From an uncultured bacterium (GTDB lineage: Bacteria > Bacillota_I > Bacilli_A > RFN20 > CAG-826), in the NCBI GenBank assembly GCA_949297805.1, contig CASFTG010000003.1, positions 3,996 to 67,995 of the forward strand: 64,000 nt of DNA, written 5' to 3'. Positions 55,568 through 64,000 of this stretch are shown here, piece by piece. Made by a program: the position numbers and the translations under genes. Under the pieces are notes generated by a model that was given only the letters and a program-made list of their open reading frames with translations, ran no database searches and was not told where the DNA came from. Positions within the stretch are counted from its first letter, which is position 1. Each line of letters begins with the position of its first letter.

Positions 55568-57208
55568 ATGGAAACCAAACGCTCATTCACCGATAAGGTC
55601 ATTTACCAAATCTATCCCCGTTCTTTCTGCGATTCCAATGGCGATGGGATTGGGGATATCCAAGGGATCATATCGAAACTTGATTACCTTAAGGATTTAG
55701 GCGTCGATTGCCTTTGGCTCTCCCCGATTTATAAGTCCCCTTTGATGGATATGGGGTATGACGTGGCTGATTACTATTCCATCCATCCCGATTATGGGAC
55801 GATGGAGGATTTCGACCGGTTATTGAAGGAAGCCGATAAACGGGGATTGAGGATCATCATGGACTTAGTGGTCAACCACACCTCTGATCAGCATGAATGG
55901 TTCAAGGCCAGCCGCGATCCCTCTTCGCCATATCGGGATTACTACATTTGGCGGAAGGGCAAGAAAGACGGGGTCCCGCCTAATAACTGGACCTCGATGT
56001 TCACCGGGCCCGCCTGGACTTATGATTCCCAAAGCGAGGAATGGTATCTCCATCTGTATTCATCTGAGCAACCCGACCTCAATTTCCATAACGAGAAAGT
56101 GGTGGAAGAGGTCGAGAGAATCCTCCGTTTCTATTTGGACAAAGGGGTGTATGGGTTCCGTTGCGACGTCATTAACCAATGCTATAAGGAATCGCTAGAT
56201 GACGGCAAAGGACTCTCCCCCTCGGGCAGAGGGATGGAGCATTACCTTTGCTCGGAAGGAAACCATAAATTGCTGCGGCGGTTCTACGACGATGTCTTCT
56301 CCCATTACGACTGCGTCGTCATCGGGGAGACTTATGCCATCGATGTTGAGAACGGGCGACGCTACCTGGATAACCACGAGCTCGACATGTTCTTCCAGTT
56401 CGACACCGCCAACTGCGACAACTTCCTTCTTCCTTTATTCAAGAAGAAGTTCAAGCCCCGTTATCTTAGGGATGTCATCTATAAATGGCAGACCGGGGTC
56501 TCCTGGATGGCCAATTATCTCGAGAACCACGATCAGCCCCGTTCGATCAACCATTATGGGGATCCGGTGAAGTTCCCAAAGGCGTCCGCTAAGGCGCTCG
56601 CGGTCCTTAACCTTACTTTGCGGGGAACCCCCTTCATCTACCAAGGGGAGGAGATCGGGATGACCAATCTACCCCTGCAAGACCCAGAGCAAAGCCAAGA
56701 CGTCAGCTGCCGGCAGGTCAATGAGATATTAAAGAAGCTTCCCTTTACTAAGAAGACTCGTTATAAACTGGCCAATCGGGTCAACCGGGACCATGCCCGG
56801 ACCCCGATGCAGTGGAATGATGCCGTCTCGGCTGGTTTCTCCACTAGCGAGAAGACTTGGCTTCCGGTCAATCCCAATTACAAAGCGGTCAACGTCGCTT
56901 CGGAGTCCGCTGACCCGGCTTCGGTGCTGAATTTCTACAAAGCCTTGTTGCAGCTTAGGAAAAAGGACGAGGTTTTCGTTTATGGCGATTTCCGGCCAAT
57001 TATGGTCCATGGGGATTTGATTGCTTACCAACGGGTATATAAGGATGAGCGCCGCTTTATCTTGATCAATCTGACCGGGAAGGAAGTCAAGATCCCCCGT
57101 CATCTGATCCTCGATGGAGCAAAATTGCTGCTGTCGTCGCTGCCGGTCCAGGGGTATCGGATGGGGTTCCTCTCTCCCTTTGAAGCCGATATCTTTGAGA
57201 TAAAGTGA
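55568..57208 (+). CDS. malL: GH13 alpha-glucosidase / oligo-1,6-glucosidase
   Basis: VIYQIYPRSF, DLVVNHTSDQHEW, GFRCDVIN and YLENHDQPR are GH13 conserved regions I-IV. Total 546 aa. TGA stop. Confidence 0.9.
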   Translation: METKRSFTDKVIYQIYPRSFCDSNGDGIGDIQGIISKLDYLKDLGVDCLWLSPIYKSPLMDMGYDVADYYSIHPDYGTMEDFDRLLKEADKRGLRIIMDLVVNHTSDQHEWFKASRDPSSPYRDYYIWRKGKKDGVPPNNWTSMFTGPAWTYDSQSEEWYLHLYSSEQPDLNFHNEKVVEEVERILRFYLDKGVYGFRCDVINQCYKESLDDGKGLSPSGRGMEHYLCSEGNHKLLRRFYDDVFSHYDCVVIGETYAIDVENGRRYLDNHELDMFFQFDTANCDNFLLPLFKKKFKPRYLRDVIYKWQTGVSWMANYLENHDQPRSINHYGDPVKFPKASAKALAVLNLTLRGTPFIYQGEEIGMTNLPLQDPEQSQDVSCRQVNEILKKLPFTKKTRYKLANRVNRDHARTPMQWNDAVSAGFSTSEKTWLPVNPNYKAVNVASESADPASVLNFYKALLQLRKKDEVFVYGDFRPIMVHGDLIAYQRVYKDERRFILINLTGKEVKIPRHLILDGAKLLLSSLPVQGYRMGFLSPFEADIFEIK

Positions 57209-57437
57209 TTAAAAGTGATAAACAGTAATAAATAGTGATAAAAAGTCGCCATTTAGCGTTTTCCTCGTTTACGAATATATATATATTTCGATGGTAACCC
57301 GTCTTCTTTAGGGCTTGAGCCGAATCATCTATCTCCACGCAGTATCCTTATTAAGGCTTCTGCAACTAATGTTTGCGACTTGCTCGTGTCTTATATCCGC
57401 TTTCATTGATTAATATGGTTCCATATGTATAATATCC

Positions 57438-57842
57438 ATGCGGAGCCTGGAAATGTTCGACAAAAGCAAATACATCGATGCATACAATTCAGCGAATTAC
57501 CGGTCAATCAGGATTCGGGTGCGGAAAGACGACCCTTTGGTCAACGAGCAATTGGATGGGGTGAAAGGGAGCCTGAATAGCTATGTAGTTGGCCTGATCC
57601 GGAAGGATGCCTATAAACATCGCAGCCATAACTTCATTAATGACGAAGTTTTAATCGATTTCCCCGTTTGTCCTCCTTTGGAGCGCCTCATTGACCAAGC
57701 CGAGCAAGCCGACTTCGAGAATCGATACGAAATTTATATGAATGTGGTTGACGCCATCGATGTTAGGGCCAAGCGCGAGGTGATGCATCATCGTCTCACG
57801 GAAAGCCAATGGAATAAACTGCTTTTGAGGTACTGCCTCTAA
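57438..57842 (+). CDS. Hypothetical protein (134 aa)
   Basis: ORF only. Charged residues, no motifs. Confidence 0.4.
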   Translation: MRSLEMFDKSKYIDAYNSANYRSIRIRVRKDDPLVNEQLDGVKGSLNSYVVGLIRKDAYKHRSHNFINDEVLIDFPVCPPLERLIDQAEQADFENRYEIYMNVVDAIDVRAKREVMHHRLTESQWNKLLLRYCL

Positions 57843-57893
57843 TCGGGCTTGCAAGGACTGACTTTTTAACCACGGAAAACCTCGGGTTCAGGA

Positions 57894-57993
57894 TTTTGGA
57901 AAAATAGCCAAAAATGGCCTCCGAAGTATTGGAAAAATAGGCAAAATGACCCCTTAGACTATTGGCAAAATAGCCGCATCCTTACTAAATCCG
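57894..57993. repeat. Three tandem ~33-bp degenerate repeats (ATTGGAAAAATAGCCAAAATG-like)
   Basis: TTTTGGAAAAATAGCCAAAAATGGCCTCCGAAGT / ATTGGAAAAATAGGCAAAATGACCCCTTAGACT / ATTGGCAAAATAGCCGCATCCTTACTAAATCCG. Confidence 0.75.
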
Positions 57994-58071
57994 ATAAAAA
58001 GACGGCTAAATATCGGTATTTTCTTTTGCGACCACTTCTTCTAAGTTTTGATGACGCCCTCAATAGAGCGA

Positions 58072-58599
58072 TTATTGGAGTTTTGCCTGATAAAATGCGA
58101 GGGCCGCCAGGGTCTTCCCGTCTTTGATGAGCCCGTCTTTGACCATTGTCTTTAAATCCGTCATCTTGATGAATCGATAATCGAGGCTTTCCCCTTCATC
58201 GAGATGGCGGGTCCCCGGCTTTAAGCCTTGGGCTAAATAGATATGGATTACTTCATCGGTATAAGCACAGGAGGGGTATATATCGCCTAAATGAAGCCAA
58301 GAAGTGGCGGCGTAGCCGGTCTCTTCGGCTAATTCCCTTTTGGCCGTTTCCATCGGGTCTTCCTTGGGGTCGGCTTTGCCGGCCGGGATCTCCAATGTGT
58401 CCTCGCCATAGGGATAACGGAATTGCTTTTCGATCAAAACCCTTTCCTGGTCATCGATAGCGAGAACTGCTGAGGCTTCGCAATGGCGGATCACTTCTCT
58501 AATGGCCTTATGGCCGTTCTCTAATTCGACCTCGTCGACATATAGGTGGAGCAATTTGCCGGAGAAGACGTTCTCTGATTTGATGGTCTTTTCTTTCAT
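58072..58599 (-). CDS. NUDIX hydrolase (ADP-ribose pyrophosphatase-like)
   Basis: Nudix box GKADPKEDPMETAKRELAEETG. It lies 20 nt downstream of the DUF4143 ATPase on the same strand. Confidence 0.85.
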   Translation of the reverse strand: MKEKTIKSENVFSGKLLHLYVDEVELENGHKAIREVIRHCEASAVLAIDDQERVLIEKQFRYPYGEDTLEIPAGKADPKEDPMETAKRELAEETGYAATSWLHLGDIYPSCAYTDEVIHIYLAQGLKPGTRHLDEGESLDYRFIKMTDLKTMVKDGLIKDGKTLAALAFYQAKLQ

Positions 58600-58619
58600 A
58601 TTTTTGATACAAATTTGCC

Positions 58620-59990
58620 TTAGATTAGGCCGGCCATGTAAATAGGCAAGTACAACGTGTCCCCTTCTGTTTTTAAATCTTTGCCATAAATGATGTATTT
58701 CTCCCCAATTCCCCGATTTTTGTATTTTTGCGAAAATATATCTAAGGAAGCATGCCGACTATAACTAGATGACTTTACCTCGATTGGGCATATTTTCCCG
58801 TTTTTTATAATCACAAAATCAATCTCATATTGTTTTTTAATATCTTCTCGGCTCTTTTTGAAGGTGTGATAATAAAGTTTGTGCCCGGAATTGATTAAAG
58901 CTTGTGCCACGGCATTTTCGAAGAACATCCCGTTGTTAGTTGAAAGATGATCAAAAATTAGACTTTTGTATATGTCGCCTGAGGTTTTACTTTCGGAATT
59001 CAATGCCTGAGTTACTAATAAGCCAGTATCCGAAGAATATATTTTAAATTGCTCTGGGATCACGCTTAAGCCCAACGCTATTTCGGGATTACTAATATTC
59101 CGACAGATATTGCCAACAAGCGACTTCTCTATGCCTTCAATCGTGTTTATTAGCGAGATATATTCGGCGCCTTTTTTAATTTGATTATAGCGAAAAGTTC
59201 TGTTTTTGTTGGAAAGATAAGATGGTATGTGTGAATAGACGGCACTGGTGAACGTTTTGTAGTCTCGATCGTATTTCCGCAGGTCGTCCTCGTAGATTTT
59301 ATTGATTGCCCGTTTGGTAGTGTCGACTTTTGAAAAGTTTACTTTATCGTTCAAATATTGATTTACTGCTTCTGGCATGCCACCGACGCACATATACATC
59401 CGGAAAGTCGCCATTATTTTCCGATGAACCGGGTAAGTTAGCGGAGTGCGTTTTTCTAGACAGTCACGTAGGAAAGGGTAGGTGACAAAATCGCCGTTTG
59501 CCCAGAGGAATTCTTCAAAGTCCATCGGATTCATTCGAATATTCATCACCTCGCTTGGATTGGTGAACCTTTTGCCAAGGAGCCTTAATGTGATAAGCGA
59601 ACCGGTCTCAATGTAATCATATCTTCCATCTTCTATTAGGTATTTCATTCCTTCATGAATCCGCGGGAATTTTTGAACTTCATCGAAAATAATTAATGAA
59701 TTTCGCGGATAAAGTTCTGTGTGGTAATATACCGATAGCCGGTTGAAAAGGGTATCTAGGTCGTCGAAACCGTCTTCGAATATTTCTTTGACAGGGTTTC
59801 CTACCTTGTCAAAATCGACGATGATGTAGGAACGATATTCGTTCTTGGCAAATTGTTCGACTATCGTGCTTTTGCCTACCCGGCGAGCCCCTTCTATGAG
59901 TAGCCCATAACTATGACTATAAGACTGCTTCCACTTTAATAAATCTTTGTAGATTTTTCTTTTGAATTGAAATTTAGATCCACGTTCCAT
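58620..59990 (-). CDS. AAA+ ATPase of the DUF4143 family, copy 2
   Basis: P-loop GARRVGKST and Walker B LIIFDEVQ. The C-terminal block YEIDFVIIKNGKICPIEVKSS…LYLPIYMAGLI is paralogous to copy 1. AT-rich. Confidence 0.8.
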   Translation of the reverse strand: MERGSKFQFKRKIYKDLLKWKQSYSHSYGLLIEGARRVGKSTIVEQFAKNEYRSYIIVDFDKVGNPVKEIFEDGFDDLDTLFNRLSVYYHTELYPRNSLIIFDEVQKFPRIHEGMKYLIEDGRYDYIETGSLITLRLLGKRFTNPSEVMNIRMNPMDFEEFLWANGDFVTYPFLRDCLEKRTPLTYPVHRKIMATFRMYMCVGGMPEAVNQYLNDKVNFSKVDTTKRAINKIYEDDLRKYDRDYKTFTSAVYSHIPSYLSNKNRTFRYNQIKKGAEYISLINTIEGIEKSLVGNICRNISNPEIALGLSVIPEQFKIYSSDTGLLVTQALNSESKTSGDIYKSLIFDHLSTNNGMFFENAVAQALINSGHKLYYHTFKKSREDIKKQYEIDFVIIKNGKICPIEVKSSSYSRHASLDIFSQKYKNRGIGEKYIIYGKDLKTEGDTLYLPIYMAGLI

Positions 59991-60315
59991 AAATTCTTCC
60001 GATATAATCGAATATATTTTACTTAATAATGTATAATAATTTCAATAGATTTTTCCTTTTCTCCTAAATCTTTTATAGTGGTTTTCCGGTTATTTCCATA
60101 AATCCTATTTCTAGAAACTAAGGTCATTTCAGCAAATCTTTAACCATTTTTTTGGGTCATTTCCATAAATGTCGCGTTCACAAAAATATAATAAGACCAT
60201 TTTATCGCATCTTTTTCTACTGGATTCCCCTAAATTATTAATGCCCTTTTTCTATTGCTTGCTTTTGGCTTCCCTTTCCCGCGCGTGTATGATTGTCGGT
60301 GCTGGAGGAAGCCAT

Positions 60316-60798
60316 ATGGAAACGCACCGTACCGATAACCTTAACTGGGAAGAATATTTCATGGGCATCGCCGAACTTTCGGCTGCCCGGAGCAAAGACC
60401 CCTCGACCCAAGTCGGGGCCTGCATCGTCGACTCAGCCAACAAAGTCGTCTCCATCGGCTATAACGGCATGCCCCGGGGCGTCGATGATGATTCCATCCC
60501 TTGGGGGCATGGGGAAGGGCTCGACTCCAAATACCTTTACGTCTGCCACGCCGAATTCAACGCCATCCTCAATACCCGCGATGGCTCGGCTTTGAATGGG
60601 TGCCGGATCTACGTCACCTTGTTCCCCTGCAACGAATGCGCCAAAGCCATCGTCCAGGTCGGGATCAAGGAAGTCATCTACAAAGACGACAAGTACCATG
60701 ACCACCTCGAGGAGCAAGCCTCCCGCCGGATCCTCGACATGGCGGGGGTTAAGTATCGCCCCTACGTCGGGCGCGAGGTGAAGTTCGATGTTCATTAA
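60316..60798 (+). CDS. comEB: dCMP deaminase
   Basis: Zinc-binding motifs HAEFNAI and PCNECAKAI. SD GGAGGAA precedes ATG 60316. The longer upstream frame is not supported. Confidence 0.88.
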   Translation: METHRTDNLNWEEYFMGIAELSAARSKDPSTQVGACIVDSANKVVSIGYNGMPRGVDDDSIPWGHGEGLDSKYLYVCHAEFNAILNTRDGSALNGCRIYVTLFPCNECAKAIVQVGIKEVIYKDDKYHDHLEEQASRRILDMAGVKYRPYVGREVKFDVH

Positions 60799-61009
60799 GC
60801 GCAACGCCTTCTACCGGATCGTCGTCATCTCGATCTGCTTCCTTTTAGTCGGCATATCGTTGTTCATCCCGCTGGCGGGCCAAATCGAGGAGAATCCGGT
60901 TCTTTTCTATTCGGTATTAGGGGTGTTCCTATTTTTGTATGTCGCCTGCTGCGTTGGCAATGAGCTATATATCCACTTCCGTTACAAGGGGAAAGACAAG
61001 GATGAGTGA
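60788..61009 (+). CDS. Small two-TM membrane protein (73 aa), hypothetical
   Basis: Two hydrophobic helices. It overlaps the comEB end and the ecfA1 start. Confidence 0.4.
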   Translation: MFIKRNAFYRIVVISICFLLVGISLFIPLAGQIEENPVLFYSVLGVFLFLYVACCVGNELYIHFRYKGKDKDE

Positions 61010-61832
61010 GGTTATCCTTGAGGTTAACGATTTGACCTTTGGCTATACTAGCGACGGTCAAAAAGCCCTCGATGGGCTCTCTTTTTCGGTTAATAAGGGA
61101 AGTCAGGTCGCCATCATCGGCCATAACGGGTCGGGCAAGTCGACTTTAGCCAAAGCCATCATGGGTTTATTGGGATTCGATTATAACGGGACCATCAAGT
61201 TATTTGGCCAAGTGGTCGATAAGAAGAGCAAGCCGGCCCTCCGTTCGCATTTAGGCATTGTCTTTCAGAATCCCGATAACCAATTCGTCGGCAGCACCGT
61301 CGCCGATGACATCGCCTTCGGCTTGGAGAATAAGCAAGTTCCTTCTTCCGAGATGGAAGGTATCATCGAGGAATATGCTGGTTTAGCTGGGATGAAGGAG
61401 TTTCTCGACCGGGAACCGACTTCCTTATCCGGCGGACAGAAGCAACGGGTCGCCATCGCCGGGGTCTTAGCCATGCAGCCCGACCTTGTCATCTTTGATG
61501 AAGCGACCGCCATGCTCGACCCCAAAGGGAAGAAAGAGATCGCCACTTTGATCGAAAAGGTCAAGCAAGCCAAACCTGAACTCACCATCCTTTCCATCAC
61601 CCATGACATCGAAGAGGCCAAGTTAGCCGATGAGGTGCTGGTCCTAAATGAAGGGAAGTTGATCCTTAAAGGGACCCCGGAGGAAGTATTCGCCTCCGAG
61701 ACTATCCTCGCCGATTCCCATCTTGATATCCCCTTTGCTTTGTCTTTATCCCATGAGCTCAATAAGCTCGGGGTTACCATTAAGCCGACGATGGATGAAC
61801 AAAAACTAATGGAGGAAGTCCTATGCCGATAG
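61002..61832 (+). CDS. ecfA1: ECF transporter energy-coupling ATPase A1
   Basis: Walker A GHNGSGKST, Q-loop, signature LSGGQKQRVAIAG, Walker B VIFDEATAMLD. ATG 61002. Confidence 0.9.
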   Translation: MSEVILEVNDLTFGYTSDGQKALDGLSFSVNKGSQVAIIGHNGSGKSTLAKAIMGLLGFDYNGTIKLFGQVVDKKSKPALRSHLGIVFQNPDNQFVGSTVADDIAFGLENKQVPSSEMEGIIEEYAGLAGMKEFLDREPTSLSGGQKQRVAIAGVLAMQPDLVIFDEATAMLDPKGKKEIATLIEKVKQAKPELTILSITHDIEEAKLADEVLVLNEGKLILKGTPEEVFASETILADSHLDIPFALSLSHELNKLGVTIKPTMDEQKLMEEVLCR

Positions 61833-62677
61833 ATTTCTCCTCCGTTTACTACACCTATTCCCCTAAGACTCCGTTGCAATACCAGGCCTTAAAGGACATC
61901 AATCTCCGCATCGATGAAGGGGAGTTCGTGGCTTTGGTCGGCCGGACGGGCTGTGGCAAGTCAACCCTCGTGAGCCATATCAATGCTTTGTTAGTCCCCT
62001 CTTTAGGGGAGGTCAAAGTCGATGAGTTCGTCTCTAGTGCCGATAAGAAGAAGCGGACCAAGAAGATCAGTCCCTTAAGGAAATTGGTGGGGCTGGTGTT
62101 CCAATTCCCCGAGTATCAGCTATTCGAGGAGACGGTGCTTAAAGACGTCAGCTTTGGGCCGAAGAACTTTGGACGGAGCAAGGAAGAGGCGATAGAGGAT
62201 GCGAAAGAGGCCCTGAGTTTAGTGGGGCTTGGCGAATCCTTTTATGACCGTTCGCCTTTTGAACTAAGCGGAGGCGAGAAGCGAAGGGTCGCCATCGCCG
62301 GGATCCTGGCCATCCACCCTAAATACTTAGTGGTCGATGAGCCGACGGCGGGACTCGATCCTTTAGGGGCCAAAGAGATGATGGACCTCTTCGATGAGAT
62401 CCACGCCAAGGGGACGACCATCATCCTCGTCACCCATGATATGTCCTTGGTCTTGAAGCATGCCGATAAGGTGTTCGTCATGAGCGAGGGCCAAATCGCT
62501 AAGACCTGCAGCCCGATTGAATTATTCAAAGAGGATATCACCCAATATTCTTTGCAAATCCCGCCTTTCTTCGAATTCGCTAAGCAATTAAAGGCCAAAG
62601 GAATGGATATTTGCCTTGATAATTGCGTCGATATCCCTTCTTTAGCCAAGGAAATCGCGAGGTGCAAACATGGCTAG
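61823..62677 (+). CDS. ecfA2: ECF transporter energy-coupling ATPase A2
   Basis: GRTGCGKST, LSGGEKRRVAIAG and LVVDEPTAGLD. It overlaps ecfA1 by 10 nt. Confidence 0.9.
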   Translation: MPIDFSSVYYTYSPKTPLQYQALKDINLRIDEGEFVALVGRTGCGKSTLVSHINALLVPSLGEVKVDEFVSSADKKKRTKKISPLRKLVGLVFQFPEYQLFEETVLKDVSFGPKNFGRSKEEAIEDAKEALSLVGLGESFYDRSPFELSGGEKRRVAIAGILAIHPKYLVVDEPTAGLDPLGAKEMMDLFDEIHAKGTTIILVTHDMSLVLKHADKVFVMSEGQIAKTCSPIELFKEDITQYSLQIPPFFEFAKQLKAKGMDICLDNCVDIPSLAKEIARCKHG

Positions 62678-63533
62678 TTTCGCGATTGGGCGTTATGTCC
62701 CTTATGATTCCTTTCTCCATAAGATGGACCCGCGGGCCAAGTTGGCGGCGACGATTTTCTTAATGGTCGCCGTCTTCCTCAATTACCCGACCTGGTCGAT
62801 GCGGGCCCTGATGGGCGGGGTCCTCTTCCTCTTCCTTTGCGTTTTGCTTTATTGCTCAAGGATGAGCCTAAGGTCGATCCTTGGTTCCCTCCGCTCCCTC
62901 TGGTTCATGATCTTGTTTTTGCTGCTCATCTATATTCTCGTCCCGACGGGCAAGGAGCCGACTTTAGGCATCGCCTGGTCAACCGGGAGCTGGACGGTAT
63001 ATTGGGATGCCTTTGCCGAGGCCTTCCGGATTATGATGCGGTTAATCATGATGATCATGCTGACCATGGTCTTAACCGCGACCACCAAACCGCTGGATTT
63101 GACCTATGCTATCGAATGGTATTTGACGCCTTTGAAGATATTCCGTTTCCCAGCCGCCGAAATCGCGATGATTTTATCCATCGCCCTGCGCTTCATCCCG
63201 ACGTTATTGGAAGATGCCGACCGGGTAATGAAAGCCCAAACCTCCCGCGGGGTCGACTTCAAACATGGCCGGCTCCTATCCCGGATCACTGGGATGACTT
63301 CTTTGATCATCCCTTTGTTCGTCTCTTCCTTCGTCCGGAGCGAGGAACTAGCTGATGCGATGGAATGCCGAGGCTATGATCCAGATGCCAAAAGAACCCG
63401 TTATCGGAAACTCCATTTCGGCTTCGGGGCCTGGATGGGGCTAATTGTCTCGGTCTTGGTGATGGCTGGCTATATCACCGTCTCGGCGATGAACCTCGAT
63501 TTCTTTGCTCTTTTGGGAGTGACGGCCTTATGA
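62670..63533 (+). CDS. ecfT: ECF transporter transmembrane (T) component
   Basis: Polytopic membrane protein with the conserved EcfT coupling region (…LRFIPTLLEDADRVMKAQTSRG…). TGA stop overlaps the truA ATG. Confidence 0.88.
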   Translation: MASFAIGRYVPYDSFLHKMDPRAKLAATIFLMVAVFLNYPTWSMRALMGGVLFLFLCVLLYCSRMSLRSILGSLRSLWFMILFLLLIYILVPTGKEPTLGIAWSTGSWTVYWDAFAEAFRIMMRLIMMIMLTMVLTATTKPLDLTYAIEWYLTPLKIFRFPAAEIAMILSIALRFIPTLLEDADRVMKAQTSRGVDFKHGRLLSRITGMTSLIIPLFVSSFVRSEELADAMECRGYDPDAKRTRYRKLHFGFGAWMGLIVSVLVMAGYITVSAMNLDFFALLGVTAL

Positions 63534-64000
63534 AGGTCTTAGGTTATCTTTCCTTTTTAGGGAGAGCCTATTATGGGTTTCAACGGCAGCCGAATAAGGT
63601 GACGGTCCAGGGGACGGTCGAGAATGTCCTTTCTTCTTTACTCGGGCAAGAGACTTTGATCAAGGGGTGTGGCCGGACCGATGCCGGGGTCAATGCTTCT
63701 TCTTATCCTTTCGCTTTTCCGGTTGAGCGAAGAGTGAACTTGACTCGGCTCTGCTCTTTGCTTAATCGGCGGCTGCCTTCCGATATCTCTTGTTCATTTT
63801 TGCTTTATGTCGATGATAGCTTCGATCCCCGGCATAGCAGCGTTAGCAAAACCTATATCTACCGTTTCTCAATTAAGAAGAAACATGCTTTGCGATCGGA
63901 TATGGTGGCATATCTAGGTGACTATGATTTCGATTTGGCGGCTTTTCGGTCGGCTTTGCGGATTTTCGAAGGGGAACATGATTTCTCGAATTTTACGGCC
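63530..64000 (+). CDS. truA: tRNA pseudouridine(38-40) synthase, N-terminal part (partial, gene runs past the window end)
   Basis: …GFQRQPNKVTVQG…GCGRTDAGVNAS… carries the catalytic-Asp motif. The ecfA-ecfA-ecfT-truA synteny is typical of Firmicutes. Confidence 0.85.
   Translation, partial: MKVLGYLSFLGRAYYGFQRQPNKVTVQGTVENVLSSLLGQETLIKGCGRTDAGVNASSYPFAFPVERRVNLTRLCSLLNRRLPSDISCSFLLYVDDSFDPRHSSVSKTYIYRFSIKKKHALRSDMVAYLGDYDFDLAAFRSALRIFEGEHDFSNFTA

Noticed and set aside
60169-60315. Upstream extension (MSRSQKYNK…) of the dCMP deaminase frame
   Set aside because: The GGAGGAA SD sits directly before ATG 60316. The extension is hydrophobic junk overlapping a repeat-containing intergenic region. 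dCMP deaminases start near METHRT…
1-64000. Alternative genetic code (TGA=Trp, Mollicutes code 4), considered because of Mollicutes-like features
   Set aside because: Confident genes end on TGA exactly where homology ends: the GH13 …IFEIK-TGA, ecfT TGA overlapping the truA ATG, and the MsmK stop TGA before the GH43 RBS. Long genes have no internal TGA. Standard code 11 fits.

Overview
This 64-kb window looks like a Firmicutes-type chromosome segment. The evidence for that is Gram-positive lipobox signal peptides (LAAC/LASC/LTAC), ecfA1-ecfA2-ecfT-truA synteny, an ABC ATPase with a Mollicutes-style insertion, and the standard genetic code (TGA is used as stop at several confident gene ends). 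The window is a mosaic of GC ~50-55% core-like genes and AT-rich (~35-42%) accessory blocks.

From left to right:
- 1-14.7 kb: a glycan-utilisation locus. It holds a CUT1 sugar ABC transporter (SBP end, two permeases, a MsmK-like ATPase with a ~140-aa charged insertion), a GH43 lipoprotein, a Big_2 surface lipoprotein, an RDD-like membrane protein, a GH2-like hydrolase, a LacI-type sugar-binding domain protein lacking an HTH, and a 625-aa lipoprotein.
- 14.8-16.8 kb: an AT-rich, translationally coupled two-gene module, an AAA_21-type ATPase plus an RloB-like protein. This is a candidate abortive-infection / defence system.
- 17.2-38.3 kb: a surface-polysaccharide biosynthesis locus. It contains GT2 and GT4 glycosyltransferases, a Wzx flippase, a Wzy-like polymerase, an acetyltransferase, rfbF, rfbG, an RmlC-like epimerase, an epimerase/reductase, a further glycosyltransferase and an initiating sugar-phosphate transferase. 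The locus is split by a 1945-aa GC-richer giant protein. That protein has a transglutaminase-like Cys/His signature, an Upf1-like SF1 helicase, a Vsr/DUF559-like endonuclease fold and a C-terminal DUF3320-like tail. It is a candidate single-gene helicase-nuclease (Nhi-like) defence protein. The locus also carries a duplicated, decayed 5' end of a GT2 gene, which is a recombination scar.
- 39-43 kb: gpmA, a membrane protein, a CDF transporter and ugd.
- 43.3-46.1 kb: a DUF4143 AAA ATPase plus a minimal nucleotidyltransferase lacking a canonical start, flanked by repeat-rich iteron-like DNA.
- 46-52.5 kb: a lipoprotein and three tandem paralogous HExxH (M6/InhA-like) metallopeptidase lipoproteins.
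- 52.5-64 kb: smpB, a FolC-like Mur ligase, small proteins, a GH13 alpha-glucosidase, a NUDIX hydrolase plus a second DUF4143 ATPase (AT-rich), dCMP deaminase, the ECF transporter energising module and the start of truA.

No rRNA, tRNA or CRISPR array was seen.
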